Shown here piece by piece: positions 6,276-13,819 of a stretch of 13,819 nucleotides of DNA. The position numbers were made by a program, and so were the translations under genes. The notes under the pieces are model-generated. The model saw only the letters and a list, made by a program, of their open reading frames with translations, was not told the DNA's origin and made no database searches. The stretch comes from Candidatus Cryosericum sp. (GTDB lineage: Bacteria > Caldisericota > Caldisericia > Cryosericales > Cryosericaceae), in contig JBNAWM010000033.1 of the NCBI GenBank assembly GCA_049699855.1, positions 1 through 13,819 of the forward strand. The letters are read 5' to 3'. Positions within the stretch are counted from its first letter, which is position 1, and each line of letters opens with the position of its first letter.

Positions 6276-8120
6276 CTATGGTTCCATGGCAGCTGCTGCA
6301 GCCGCTGCAGACGTTCCCTTGAACTGGGACATGTACAGGTTGTAATAGAAGCCGTGCTCATCCAGCAGAGATTCGTGCGTTCCGCGCTCGATGATGCGCC
6401 CGCCATCGATGACCAGAACCTGGTCGGCTGTGCGGATGGTGCTGAGGCGATGGGCAATGACGAAGCTGGTTCGCCCCTTCATGAGGTTGAGCAGAGCCTG
6501 CTGAATGTGGATCTCGGTACGCGTATCGACGGACGAGGTGGCCTCGTCGAGGACGAGGATGCGCGGGTCTGCCAGGATGGCACGGGCAATCGTAAGCAAC
6601 TGGCGCTGTCCCTGGCTGAGATCACTGCCGCGCTCGGCAAGAACGGTCTCATACCCATCCGGCAATCGCCGGATGAACTGGTCGGCGTTAGCCAGGGTGG
6701 CGGCGGCGACAATCTCGTCATCGGTCGCATCCAACCGGCCAAACCGCAGGTTCTCCTTGACTGAGGCAGAGAACAGGAAACCATCCTGGAGAACGATGCC
6801 CAACTGGCGCCGCAGGCTGTCCACCTGGACGTCCCTGATGTCTGTGCCGTCGATGAGGATGCGCCCGCTCTGGATGTCGTAGAAACGCGAGAGGATGCTG
6901 ACCATGGTGGTCTTGCCAGCCCCGGTGGGACCCACGAGAGCCATCATCTGGCCAGGAAGGGCGTGCAGGCTGACATCGTGGAGGACGGTCACATCCTTCA
7001 GGTATCCAAAGTCGACATGGTCGAAGACAACATCGCCCTGAATCTGCTGGAGGGGCAGGGCTCCCGGCTTGTCTCGCAGCTCGGGCCTGTGGTTGATGAC
7101 CTCGAAGACGCGCTCAGCACCAGCGAGCGCCGCTTGCACCGTGTTCATAAGGTTTGCCACCTGCAGTAGTGGCTGTGAAAGGCGCTGGGTATAGGTGAGG
7201 AAGGTGGCCACGAGGCCGACGGTGACGATGCCCCTGAGGGCCAGCACGCCTCCCACGCCTGCCACGATGGCCACGTCCATATGATCGAGGAACTGCAGGA
7301 TGGGCATCATGATCATGGCGATGAACTGCGCCCGGCGCCCGGCCTCACGTGCCGCATTGTTGCTGGCGTCGAACACCATGAGCGCCTTTGCCTGCTGTCC
7401 GAATGCCTGGACGACCCGCTGGCCGCCGACCTCCTCGTCCATGACACCGTTGAGGTCTCCGACCGTGCGCTGCTGCTTCAGGAACAGCGGCCGGGTCCAG
7501 ACCATGACTCTGCTCGTGAGATAGAACATCAGCGGCAGCATGACAAACGCCGTCAGCGCAAGCCACCTGCTGAGAATCAGCATCATGATGATCATGCCGA
7601 GGACACTCAGCAGGTTGCTGATCAGTGACGTCAGATCCTGCGAAAGTGACTGGCTGACGGCGTCCATGTCATTGGTCAGGCGGCTCATCAGGTCGCCCTG
7701 CGAATGGCGGTCGAAGTAGCTCATGGAAAGGGTCTGGAGGTGCTCAAACAAGTTCTTGCGCATATCGCGGACGGCACGCTGAGAAACCCCGGCCATGATC
7801 CAGGCTTGTGCCGATCCAGCCAGCCAGCTGCCGACGCCTGCCCAGATCATCCATCCGGCAAGGATCGCGCCCACCCGGATACTGTGGGTTTTGTCGATCG
7901 AATCGATGGCCTTGCCGATCAGCAGGGGCCCGACCAGCGACAGCGCAGCGCCGATGACCAGCAGAACGGCGACGATCGCCAACTGGCCCGTGTATGGCCG
8001 CAGATACTGCATCAGGTGCCGCAGCGTCCCCTTCGCATCCTTGGCTCTTGCTGTAGCGCTGGCCCCTCCCATGGGGCCACCGCCCCGGACAAGCTGTCCT
8101 TCCGTCTTCTTTTCAGCCAT
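6276..8120 (-). CDS. ABC exporter permease/ATPase, TM288-like half of a heterodimer, ~614 aa
   Basis: N-terminal TM domain; Walker A GPTGAGKT, signature LSQGQRQ, Walker B LVLDEATS, switch IAHRLST. Start ATG 8120 has GGAGG upstream and overlaps the preceding gene's end. Confidence 0.93.
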   Translation of the reverse strand: MAEKKTEGQLVRGGGPMGGASATARAKDAKGTLRHLMQYLRPYTGQLAIVAVLLVIGAALSLVGPLLIGKAIDSIDKTHSIRVGAILAGWMIWAGVGSWLAGSAQAWIMAGVSQRAVRDMRKNLFEHLQTLSMSYFDRHSQGDLMSRLTNDMDAVSQSLSQDLTSLISNLLSVLGMIIMMLILSRWLALTAFVMLPLMFYLTSRVMVWTRPLFLKQQRTVGDLNGVMDEEVGGQRVVQAFGQQAKALMVFDASNNAAREAGRRAQFIAMIMMPILQFLDHMDVAIVAGVGGVLALRGIVTVGLVATFLTYTQRLSQPLLQVANLMNTVQAALAGAERVFEVINHRPELRDKPGALPLQQIQGDVVFDHVDFGYLKDVTVLHDVSLHALPGQMMALVGPTGAGKTTMVSILSRFYDIQSGRILIDGTDIRDVQVDSLRRQLGIVLQDGFLFSASVKENLRFGRLDATDDEIVAAATLANADQFIRRLPDGYETVLAERGSDLSQGQRQLLTIARAILADPRILVLDEATSSVDTRTEIHIQQALLNLMKGRTSFVIAHRLSTIRTADQVLVIDGGRIIERGTHESLLDEHGFYYNLYMSQFKGTSAAAAAAAMEP

Positions 8121-9858
8121 TGCTGGTTCCTCCGTTCCCAAGCTGGGAATCGTAGATTTCACGATAGATGGGACTCGTCTCCATCAGCTCCTGATGTGTC
8201 CCCTCGGCAGCGATGCGTCCCCGGTCGAGGACCAGGATCTTGTCTGCTCCGAGCACCGTACTGATTCGTGTTGCAACCATGATGACGGTCGCTCCTGCGT
8301 GCGCCTTGAGCAGCTCCTCCTGAATGTGCGCCTCAGTATCCACGTCAACCGCACTGGTGCTGTCATCCAGAATGAGGATACTCGGCTTCATGAGCAGCGC
8401 CCGCGCTATGGCAAGTCGCTGCTTCTGCCCGCCGGAGAGGTTGGCTCCGCGCTCCTCCACCTTCGTGTCATATCCTTCTGCAAGGGTACCTATGAACTGA
8501 TCAGCTGCCGCAACCCGCGCCGCAGCCCGCACTTCCTCGTCGGACGCCTCCGGGCGCCCATACCGGATGTTATCGCGGATCGTGCCGGTGAAGAGGACGG
8601 CCTCCTGCAGGGCAATACCCATGTGACTGCGCAGGGAGGAGAGTGTCACGTCGCGCACGTCGACGCCGTCTATGGTGACGCGTCCATCGGTGACATCGTA
8701 GAAGCGCGGAATGAGATTGACCAAAGTTGTCTTGCCCGCGCCGGTCTCACCCAGAATGGCAACGGTCTGGCCTGGCTCCACGGCAAAGCTCACATCCTGG
8801 AGCACGGCGTCGCCACCGTCCTGCCCGTAGCCAAAGCTGACATGGTCGAAGACGACTCTGCCCTGGACGCTCGTGAGATCGCGGGCACCTGGCTTGTCGA
8901 CGATGCTGCTCTCCGCGTCAAGCACCTTGTTGATGCGTCCCGCCGACGCTTCGGCCTGGGAGAGGATGATGACCAGATTGGCCATCATGACCAGAGGGAA
9001 CATGGTAAACATGAGGTAGTTGAGAAAAGCCATCAGCTGTCCCGTCGTCATCGTGCCGCCGATGACCTGCTTGCCCCCGACCAGGATGATGAGAGCCATC
9101 CCTACGTTGATGACCACCATCATGGTTGGCATCACAAAGGCGAGCAGACGCTGGACGCGGATATTCTGTTCCATGAAGTCATTGTTGACCACGTCAAAGC
9201 GCCTGTTTTCCTCGTTCCCGCGGACAAATGCCTTCACGAGGCGCATGCCGGCCAGGTTCTCCTGCAGAACCGAGTTGAGGCGGTCAAGCCTGGTTTGAAC
9301 GCGGAGCCAGATCGGCTGAGCCTTGGTGGAGACCACGACAATGAGCGTGCCACTGACAATCAGGATGGCCAGCACCTCCAGCGCCAGCTTCGGGCTGGTC
9401 AGGAACATGAGAATAACACTGCCCACCAGCATGAGCGGCGCCCGCGTTATGACGCGCAGGCTCATCTGAACAATGGTCTGCACGCGGCTGACGTCACTGG
9501 TCAGATTGGTCATGAGGTCGCCGGTGCGGTGCTCGTCGAGATTGCTGAAACTGAACTTCTGGATGTTCCGGAAGGTCGCACTGCGCACGTCTGTTCCGAC
9601 ACCCACAGCCACGTCAACTGCATACCTCGTGTTGAGGATGGACATGAGCACGCCCAGGGCGGACACTGCCAGCATGACACCCATGGTTCCCAGGACAACG
9701 CGCATGTCGTTCTTGGAGATGCCGTTGTCAACGACGTTCTGGATGAGACGGGGAACGGCGAGATCCGAGGCGATGGTCACAAGCAACGTGACCATGGCCA
9801 GGATGGCCGCCCTCCGATAGGGTTTCAAGAAACGAAAAATCCTCAGCAATTGATGCAT
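8113..9858 (-). CDS. ABC exporter permease/ATPase, TM287-like half with degenerate catalytic residues, 581 aa
   Basis: Walker A GETGAGKT, signature LSGGQKQ, Walker B LILDDSTS (E to D), switch VATRIST (no His); SD AGGAG 6 nt upstream of ATG. Confidence 0.93.
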   Translation of the reverse strand: MHQLLRIFRFLKPYRRAAILAMVTLLVTIASDLAVPRLIQNVVDNGISKNDMRVVLGTMGVMLAVSALGVLMSILNTRYAVDVAVGVGTDVRSATFRNIQKFSFSNLDEHRTGDLMTNLTSDVSRVQTIVQMSLRVITRAPLMLVGSVILMFLTSPKLALEVLAILIVSGTLIVVVSTKAQPIWLRVQTRLDRLNSVLQENLAGMRLVKAFVRGNEENRRFDVVNNDFMEQNIRVQRLLAFVMPTMMVVINVGMALIILVGGKQVIGGTMTTGQLMAFLNYLMFTMFPLVMMANLVIILSQAEASAGRINKVLDAESSIVDKPGARDLTSVQGRVVFDHVSFGYGQDGGDAVLQDVSFAVEPGQTVAILGETGAGKTTLVNLIPRFYDVTDGRVTIDGVDVRDVTLSSLRSHMGIALQEAVLFTGTIRDNIRYGRPEASDEEVRAAARVAAADQFIGTLAEGYDTKVEERGANLSGGQKQRLAIARALLMKPSILILDDSTSAVDVDTEAHIQEELLKAHAGATVIMVATRISTVLGADKILVLDRGRIAAEGTHQELMETSPIYREIYDSQLGNGGTSNG

Positions 9859-9861
9859 CTG

Positions 9862-10515
9862 CTACTCCTTTTCCTGTTCAGGGGAGTCGCTCCCCATCAA
9901 ACCATACAGCAGGATGTCGATGACCGAACGCATGCGGCGGTCGCGCCCCTCCTGCGTCTCCCCCGCGGGGCAGGCCCGCATGGGATGCATCATGAACGCC
10001 ATGAGCAGGGAGATGACGGCACGCGCCGTGCTGTCGGGATCCAGCGACCGCAGCCAGCCAGCCGCCGCTCCCGCACTGATGACCCCCGCAAGACGCGATG
10101 TCAGCTCTTCGACGTGTGCCGCCTGATACTGCCGAAACAGCTCGTCGTTGGTCCACGCCTCCTTGATGATCGTGCGCATCCAGGGCTGCTCTGATGCCGG
10201 CGTCATGACCGCCCGTTCAAAGAATTCGATGAACTGCTCCCGGCTGGTCACGGATCCAGCGTCGGCAAGGAGGCGGTCGATGGGAGACGGCGAGCGCGAG
10301 ATGATCGCTACCAGCATGTCCCGCTTGCTCGCAAAGTAGTTGTAAAGACTGCCCTCAGCGATGTCGGCGGCGGCGGCGATCTCCCTCGTCGTCGCAGCAG
10401 CGTACCCCCGTGCAGCAAAAACGGACGCAGCCGCCTGCAGGATTTCCTCCTGCCGCCGGTGCGTGCGGCGTTCACGCCGCGCCAGGCTCTCCTGTTGATC
10501 CTGCATGTCAGCCAT
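9862..10515 (-). CDS. TetR/AcrR-family transcriptional regulator, ~217 aa
   Basis: EILQAAASVFAARGYAAATTREIAAAADIAEGSLYNYFASKRDML is a classic TetR HTH. GAGGAG 7 nt upstream of ATG 10515. Confidence 0.93.
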   Translation of the reverse strand: MADMQDQQESLARRERRTHRRQEEILQAAASVFAARGYAAATTREIAAAADIAEGSLYNYFASKRDMLVAIISRSPSPIDRLLADAGSVTSREQFIEFFERAVMTPASEQPWMRTIIKEAWTNDELFRQYQAAHVEELTSRLAGVISAGAAAGWLRSLDPDSTARAVISLLMAFMMHPMRACPAGETQEGRDRRMRSVIDILLYGLMGSDSPEQEKE

Positions 10516-10530
10516 TTCCAAACTCCTCAT

Positions 10531-10566
10531 CTGAGTATATGCTCATTTTCTGAGCAGGCACTCATT
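10531..10566. promoter_or_regulatory. Two tandem palindromic operators CTGAG-N6-CTCATT, probable TetR sites
   Basis: TGAGtatatgCTCA (10532-10545) and TGAGcaggcaCTCA (10551-10564), 19-bp period, between the predicted -10 box and the TetR start. Confidence 0.75.
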
Positions 10567-10591
10567 CTAGCTAGGAACTACGCCGAATCAA
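10564..10591 (-). promoter_or_regulatory. Putative sigma70 promoter of the tetR-ABC operon
   Basis: Minus strand TTGATT (10591-10586), 16-nt spacer, TAGAAT (10569-10564). Confidence 0.55.
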
Positions 10592-10681
10592 GGGGCGGCC
10601 GCTGACCCGACGCCGATAACAACCCTTACAGGACCTGCCAATGCCACGCCGATCTCCAGTGAGCAAGCGCCCCGCGCACTC

Positions 10682-10709
10682 TTGCAGAGTCTCTGTTTTC
10701 TTTCATAAT
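10682..10709 (+). promoter_or_regulatory. Putative promoter of the histidine kinase gene
   Basis: TTGCAG (10682-10687), 16-nt spacer, CATAAT (10704-10709) in an AT-rich patch; SD AAGGAG at 10722-10727. Confidence 0.4.
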
Positions 10710-10732
10710 GAATATTGTATGAAGGAGAACGG

Positions 10733-13700
10733 ATGACACACAACGATGACCGTGATGGAATCCCCGGAACGAAGGGCGGCCTGCCGGTTCCGGCACAAGA
10801 ACCAGAGGACCAGGAGCTGGCCCGGCTGATGGCTGGCCTGCCCGGCATGGTGTATCGCGCCTCTGCACAACCGCCCTTTGTCTTCGAGGTCGTGGGCGGC
10901 GGGTATGAGCATCTGCTTGGGCGTACAGCGGAGGATCTGGTGGGACACCCGGAGGTTCTTGCCGAGACCGTTCATCCGGACGATCTTCAGCGGTGCGTCG
11001 ACGCCATTTCGGTCGCCGTCCAGCGGGGAGAGCCCTTTCAGATGCGGTACCGCATGCTTCATGCCAACGGCACCATGCGCGTTGTGTGGGAGCAGGGGCG
11101 GCCCGTGACCATGAAGGATGGCCGCCTGGTTATCGAGGGAACCATCGTCGACATCGACGAGCCGGTCCATGCGCGCCAGTTGCAGGACGCCACGTACCAC
11201 ATCTCACAGGCGGCGGTCGCGGCCGAAAACCTGGACCAGCTCTACGCGCGCATCCATGCCATTGTCGGGGAGCTGATGCCGGCACAAAACCTGTATATTG
11301 CTCTTCGCGATCCGCAAACGAACATCATCACGTATCCGTACTATTTCGACGAATATGACGCGCCCCCCGACCCGCAGACCGCCGAGACGGGGTTGACGGC
11401 CCATATCCTGCGCACTGGTGTTCCACTCCTTCTCAGCAGGTTTGCCGAGGAAGAGCCGATCAGGACGGGGCGGCTGGTGGCCACGGGGACCCCTCCTTCC
11501 AGCTGGCTGGGCGTCCCGCTGAAGCTGAAAGGCAGACCAGTTGGCGTCCTCGCCGTCCAGGTGTATCGCGGAACCTACAAGTATACCAAGCGTGACAGGG
11601 ACATCCTGTCCTTCGTCGGAGATCAGATCGCCGTCGCTATCGAACGGCAGAGAGCCGCAGAAGCTGTCCACGCCAGCGAACTGCGCTACCATTCCCTGTT
11701 CGAAGACGCTCCGGTTGCATTGTGGGAAGAGGATTACTTCGAGCTGAACAAGCGCCTGAGACAGCTTCTCCCTCCGGGCACGGCAGATGTCGCATCATGG
11801 CTGCACGCACATCCAGACATCGTGCGCGAACTTGCATCCCTTGTCCGTGTCACCGATGTCAACCGTGCGGCCCTTCAACTGGCCGGCGCCACCAGCAAGA
11901 GCGAACTGCTGGGGTCGCTCATGAACACGATGCCCGAAGAAGCCCTTGAGCACTTCGAGGATGAGGTGGTACATGTCGCTGCGGGCGACTCATCGTTTGT
12001 GTGGGAGGGGCCAGCTTCGACCGTAACAGGCAAGCCGCTGGTCGTTTCTTCGCAGTGGATGGTCGCGCCCGGCGCAGAGGAGAATCTGCACCGCGTCCTG
12101 GTAGCGATGGTGGACATCACGGACCGCATCACAGCCGAACATGCCCTGCGCGACTCCGAAGCCCGTATGCGCGCCCTGTTTGCGGCCATGAACGACCTCA
12201 TCATCGTTCTGGATGGGGACGGCCGCTACATCGAGATTGCGCCGACACGGGAGGAGCTGCTTGTCGCTCCCCGCGAGGAGCTGCTGGGCCGGACTGTCCG
12301 TGAGCTCTTTGACCGGAATCTTGCTGAACGGTTTCTCCAGAGCATTCACCAGGCACTTGAGAGCCGGACCACCACCGAGATGGACTACAGCCTGGAGACA
12401 GGCGGCACCACGCGCTGGTTTGAGGCACGCATCAGCCCGCTCCCAGGTGACAGGGTCCTGCTGGTGGGCCATGACGCCACCGCCCGTCACCTGGCTCAGG
12501 AAGCCGCGCGCGAAGAGGCATCCAAGGCCGAAACATATTTCAACATGTCAGGAGTCATCATCGAGGTATACGACGCAAACCTTCACCTCCTCCGCCTCAA
12601 TCAGATGGGCTACGACTTCTTCGGCTACACACCCGAGGAGATCGCGGGCAAAGACTGGCTCAGCCTCCGTCTGCCAGAGCGGGAGCGCGACAAGGCCAAG
12701 GCCTTCCTTCGCGGCGAGCTGGAAGGGCAGCCAATTCCAGACCACATCAATGGCCCGGTGGTTCTCCGCAGTGGCGAAGAACGCATCATTTCGTGGCATG
12801 ACTCCCTGCTGAGGGACGCCGATGGCCGGGTCACCGGCCTCATTTCGTCGGGTGCGGACGTGACGCGCACGGTGCACCTGGAGGAAGAGCTTCAGCGCAT
12901 GGACAAGCTGGAATCGCTGGGAACGCTTGCGGGCGGCATTGCCCATGACTTCAACAACATGCTGACGGGTATCATCGGCAACATCAACCTGGCCCGCATG
13001 GAGGAGGATCGCGACCGCTCACACGAACTGCTGGAGGAAGCCGAGCATGAAATCCTGCGGGCCCGCGGGCTGTCGCAGCAATTGCTGACCTTTGCCAAGG
13101 GAGGGGCACCCGTGCGCTCGGTCCAGGATGTCGGTCATCTCCTGCGCGATGCCGTCAGCTTCGCCCTGCGCGGCTCCAGCGTGTCAGTCCAGTTCGATCT
13201 GCCCGAGGACCTCTGGACTGCCAATGCGGACGCGGGCCAGATCAGCCAGGTGTTTTCGAATCTCGCAATCAACGCCAATGAAGCGATGCCCTCTGGGGGA
13301 ACCGTCACCGTTTCGGCACGCAATGTCAACGTCGCTCACGGTTCGCACGCCGACCTGGCTCCCGGCCCCTATCTCCAGATCGAGTTTCGTGACAGTGGCA
13401 TCGGCATAGGTCCAGACGACCTGCCCAAGATTTTTGACCCCTTCTTCAGCACAAAGCGCCGTGGCAGTGGACTTGGCCTTGCAACCTCCTACGCCATCAT
13501 CCACAAGCACGACGGGCACATCGGCGTCACCTCGACGCCTGGCGTCGGCACCACCTTCACCATCGTCCTGCCGGCAGCCTCGGCTCCCGCATCCCGGTCG
13601 CCTGCTCAGCCCTCTCCTGTCATCAGCGCACACGGGCGCATCCTGGTCATGGATGACGAGCCAGCTGTACGACAGGTCGTCGTGGCCATGCTGAAGAAGC

Positions 13701-13819
13701 TGGGCTATGACGCAGAGGCTGTTCCCGATGGAGCGGCCGCCCTGCGGGCAGATGCGGAAGCAACCGCCTCGGACCAGCCCTTCAGCGTCATCATCATGGA
13801 CCTCACCATTCCCGGGGGC
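10733..13819 (+). CDS. Hybrid sensor histidine kinase/response regulator (PAS-GAF-PAS-PAS-PAS-HisKA-HATPase-REC), truncated by the window end
   Basis: Absent from the ORF track, consistent with no stop in the window. Hand translation from ATG 10733: LPGMVYR...VHPDD (PAS), NLYIAL...SWLGVPL (GAF), further PAS repeats, H-box LAGGIAHDFNNML (His 12944-12946), QVFSNLAINANEAM, DSGIGI, KIFDPFFSTK, GSGLGLA, receiver ILVMDDE...IIMDLTIPGG. Start, H-box and final codons share the same frame. Confidence 0.93.
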   Translation, partial: MTHNDDRDGIPGTKGGLPVPAQEPEDQELARLMAGLPGMVYRASAQPPFVFEVVGGGYEHLLGRTAEDLVGHPEVLAETVHPDDLQRCVDAISVAVQRGEPFQMRYRMLHANGTMRVVWEQGRPVTMKDGRLVIEGTIVDIDEPVHARQLQDATYHISQAAVAAENLDQLYARIHAIVGELMPAQNLYIALRDPQTNIITYPYYFDEYDAPPDPQTAETGLTAHILRTGVPLLLSRFAEEEPIRTGRLVATGTPPSSWLGVPLKLKGRPVGVLAVQVYRGTYKYTKRDRDILSFVGDQIAVAIERQRAAEAVHASELRYHSLFEDAPVALWEEDYFELNKRLRQLLPPGTADVASWLHAHPDIVRELASLVRVTDVNRAALQLAGATSKSELLGSLMNTMPEEALEHFEDEVVHVAAGDSSFVWEGPASTVTGKPLVVSSQWMVAPGAEENLHRVLVAMVDITDRITAEHALRDSEARMRALFAAMNDLIIVLDGDGRYIEIAPTREELLVAPREELLGRTVRELFDRNLAERFLQSIHQALESRTTTEMDYSLETGGTTRWFEARISPLPGDRVLLVGHDATARHLAQEAAREEASKAETYFNMSGVIIEVYDANLHLLRLNQMGYDFFGYTPEEIAGKDWLSLRLPERERDKAKAFLRGELEGQPIPDHINGPVVLRSGEERIISWHDSLLRDADGRVTGLISSGADVTRTVHLEEELQRMDKLESLGTLAGGIAHDFNNMLTGIIGNINLARMEEDRDRSHELLEEAEHEILRARGLSQQLLTFAKGGAPVRSVQDVGHLLRDAVSFALRGSSVSVQFDLPEDLWTANADAGQISQVFSNLAINANEAMPSGGTVTVSARNVNVAHGSHADLAPGPYLQIEFRDSGIGIGPDDLPKIFDPFFSTKRRGSGLGLATSYAIIHKHDGHIGVTSTPGVGTTFTIVLPAASAPASRSPAQPSPVISAHGRILVMDDEPAVRQVVVAMLKKLGYDAEAVPDGAAALRADAEATASDQPFSVIIMDLTIPGG

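Noticed and set aside
6243..9864. Genome-wide TAG readthrough creating TetR-ABC and ABC-LysE fusions (both TAG stops are in frame with the next ORF)
   Set aside because: The TAGs fall at natural protein ends, the first ABC gene has its own SD (AGGAG-6 nt-ATG), and in-frame coincidence has a 1-in-3 chance each.
7795..10194. 799-aa plus-strand ORF
   Set aside because: Lies antisense to the well-supported ABC and TetR genes, has no recognisable motifs, and is typical of shadow ORFs in GC-rich DNA.
10590..10680. Cobalamin riboswitch (ggacctgcc, gccac fragments)
   Set aside because: Fragments are in the wrong order and the other conserved core elements are missing.

Overview
GC-rich bacterial window. 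From left to right: (1) the 3' part of a DUF4209/HEPN-like gene with a long Ala/Pro/Thr/Lys-rich tail, followed by a strong intrinsic terminator; (2) a lower-GC phosphohexomutase gene (-); (3) a self-contained two-gene unit (+) with a near-consensus sigma70 promoter, encoding a helical (globin/phycobiliprotein-like) domain plus CarH-type B12-binding protein whose frame is interrupted by one in-frame TAG, translationally coupled to a GGDEF diguanylate cyclase; (4) a LysE/RhtB exporter (-); (5) a TetR + heterodimeric ABC exporter operon (-) with two tandem palindromic operators; (6) a large PAS/GAF hybrid histidine kinase (+) that runs off the end and is missing from the ORF track. The most unusual signals are a ~45-bp imperfect palindrome present three times in the same orientation at gene boundaries (two copies form a 52/54-identical direct repeat bracketing the B12-sensor/DGC unit; the third shows compensatory base changes), and the candidate B12(+bilin?) sensor-to-c-di-GMP module with its internal amber codon.
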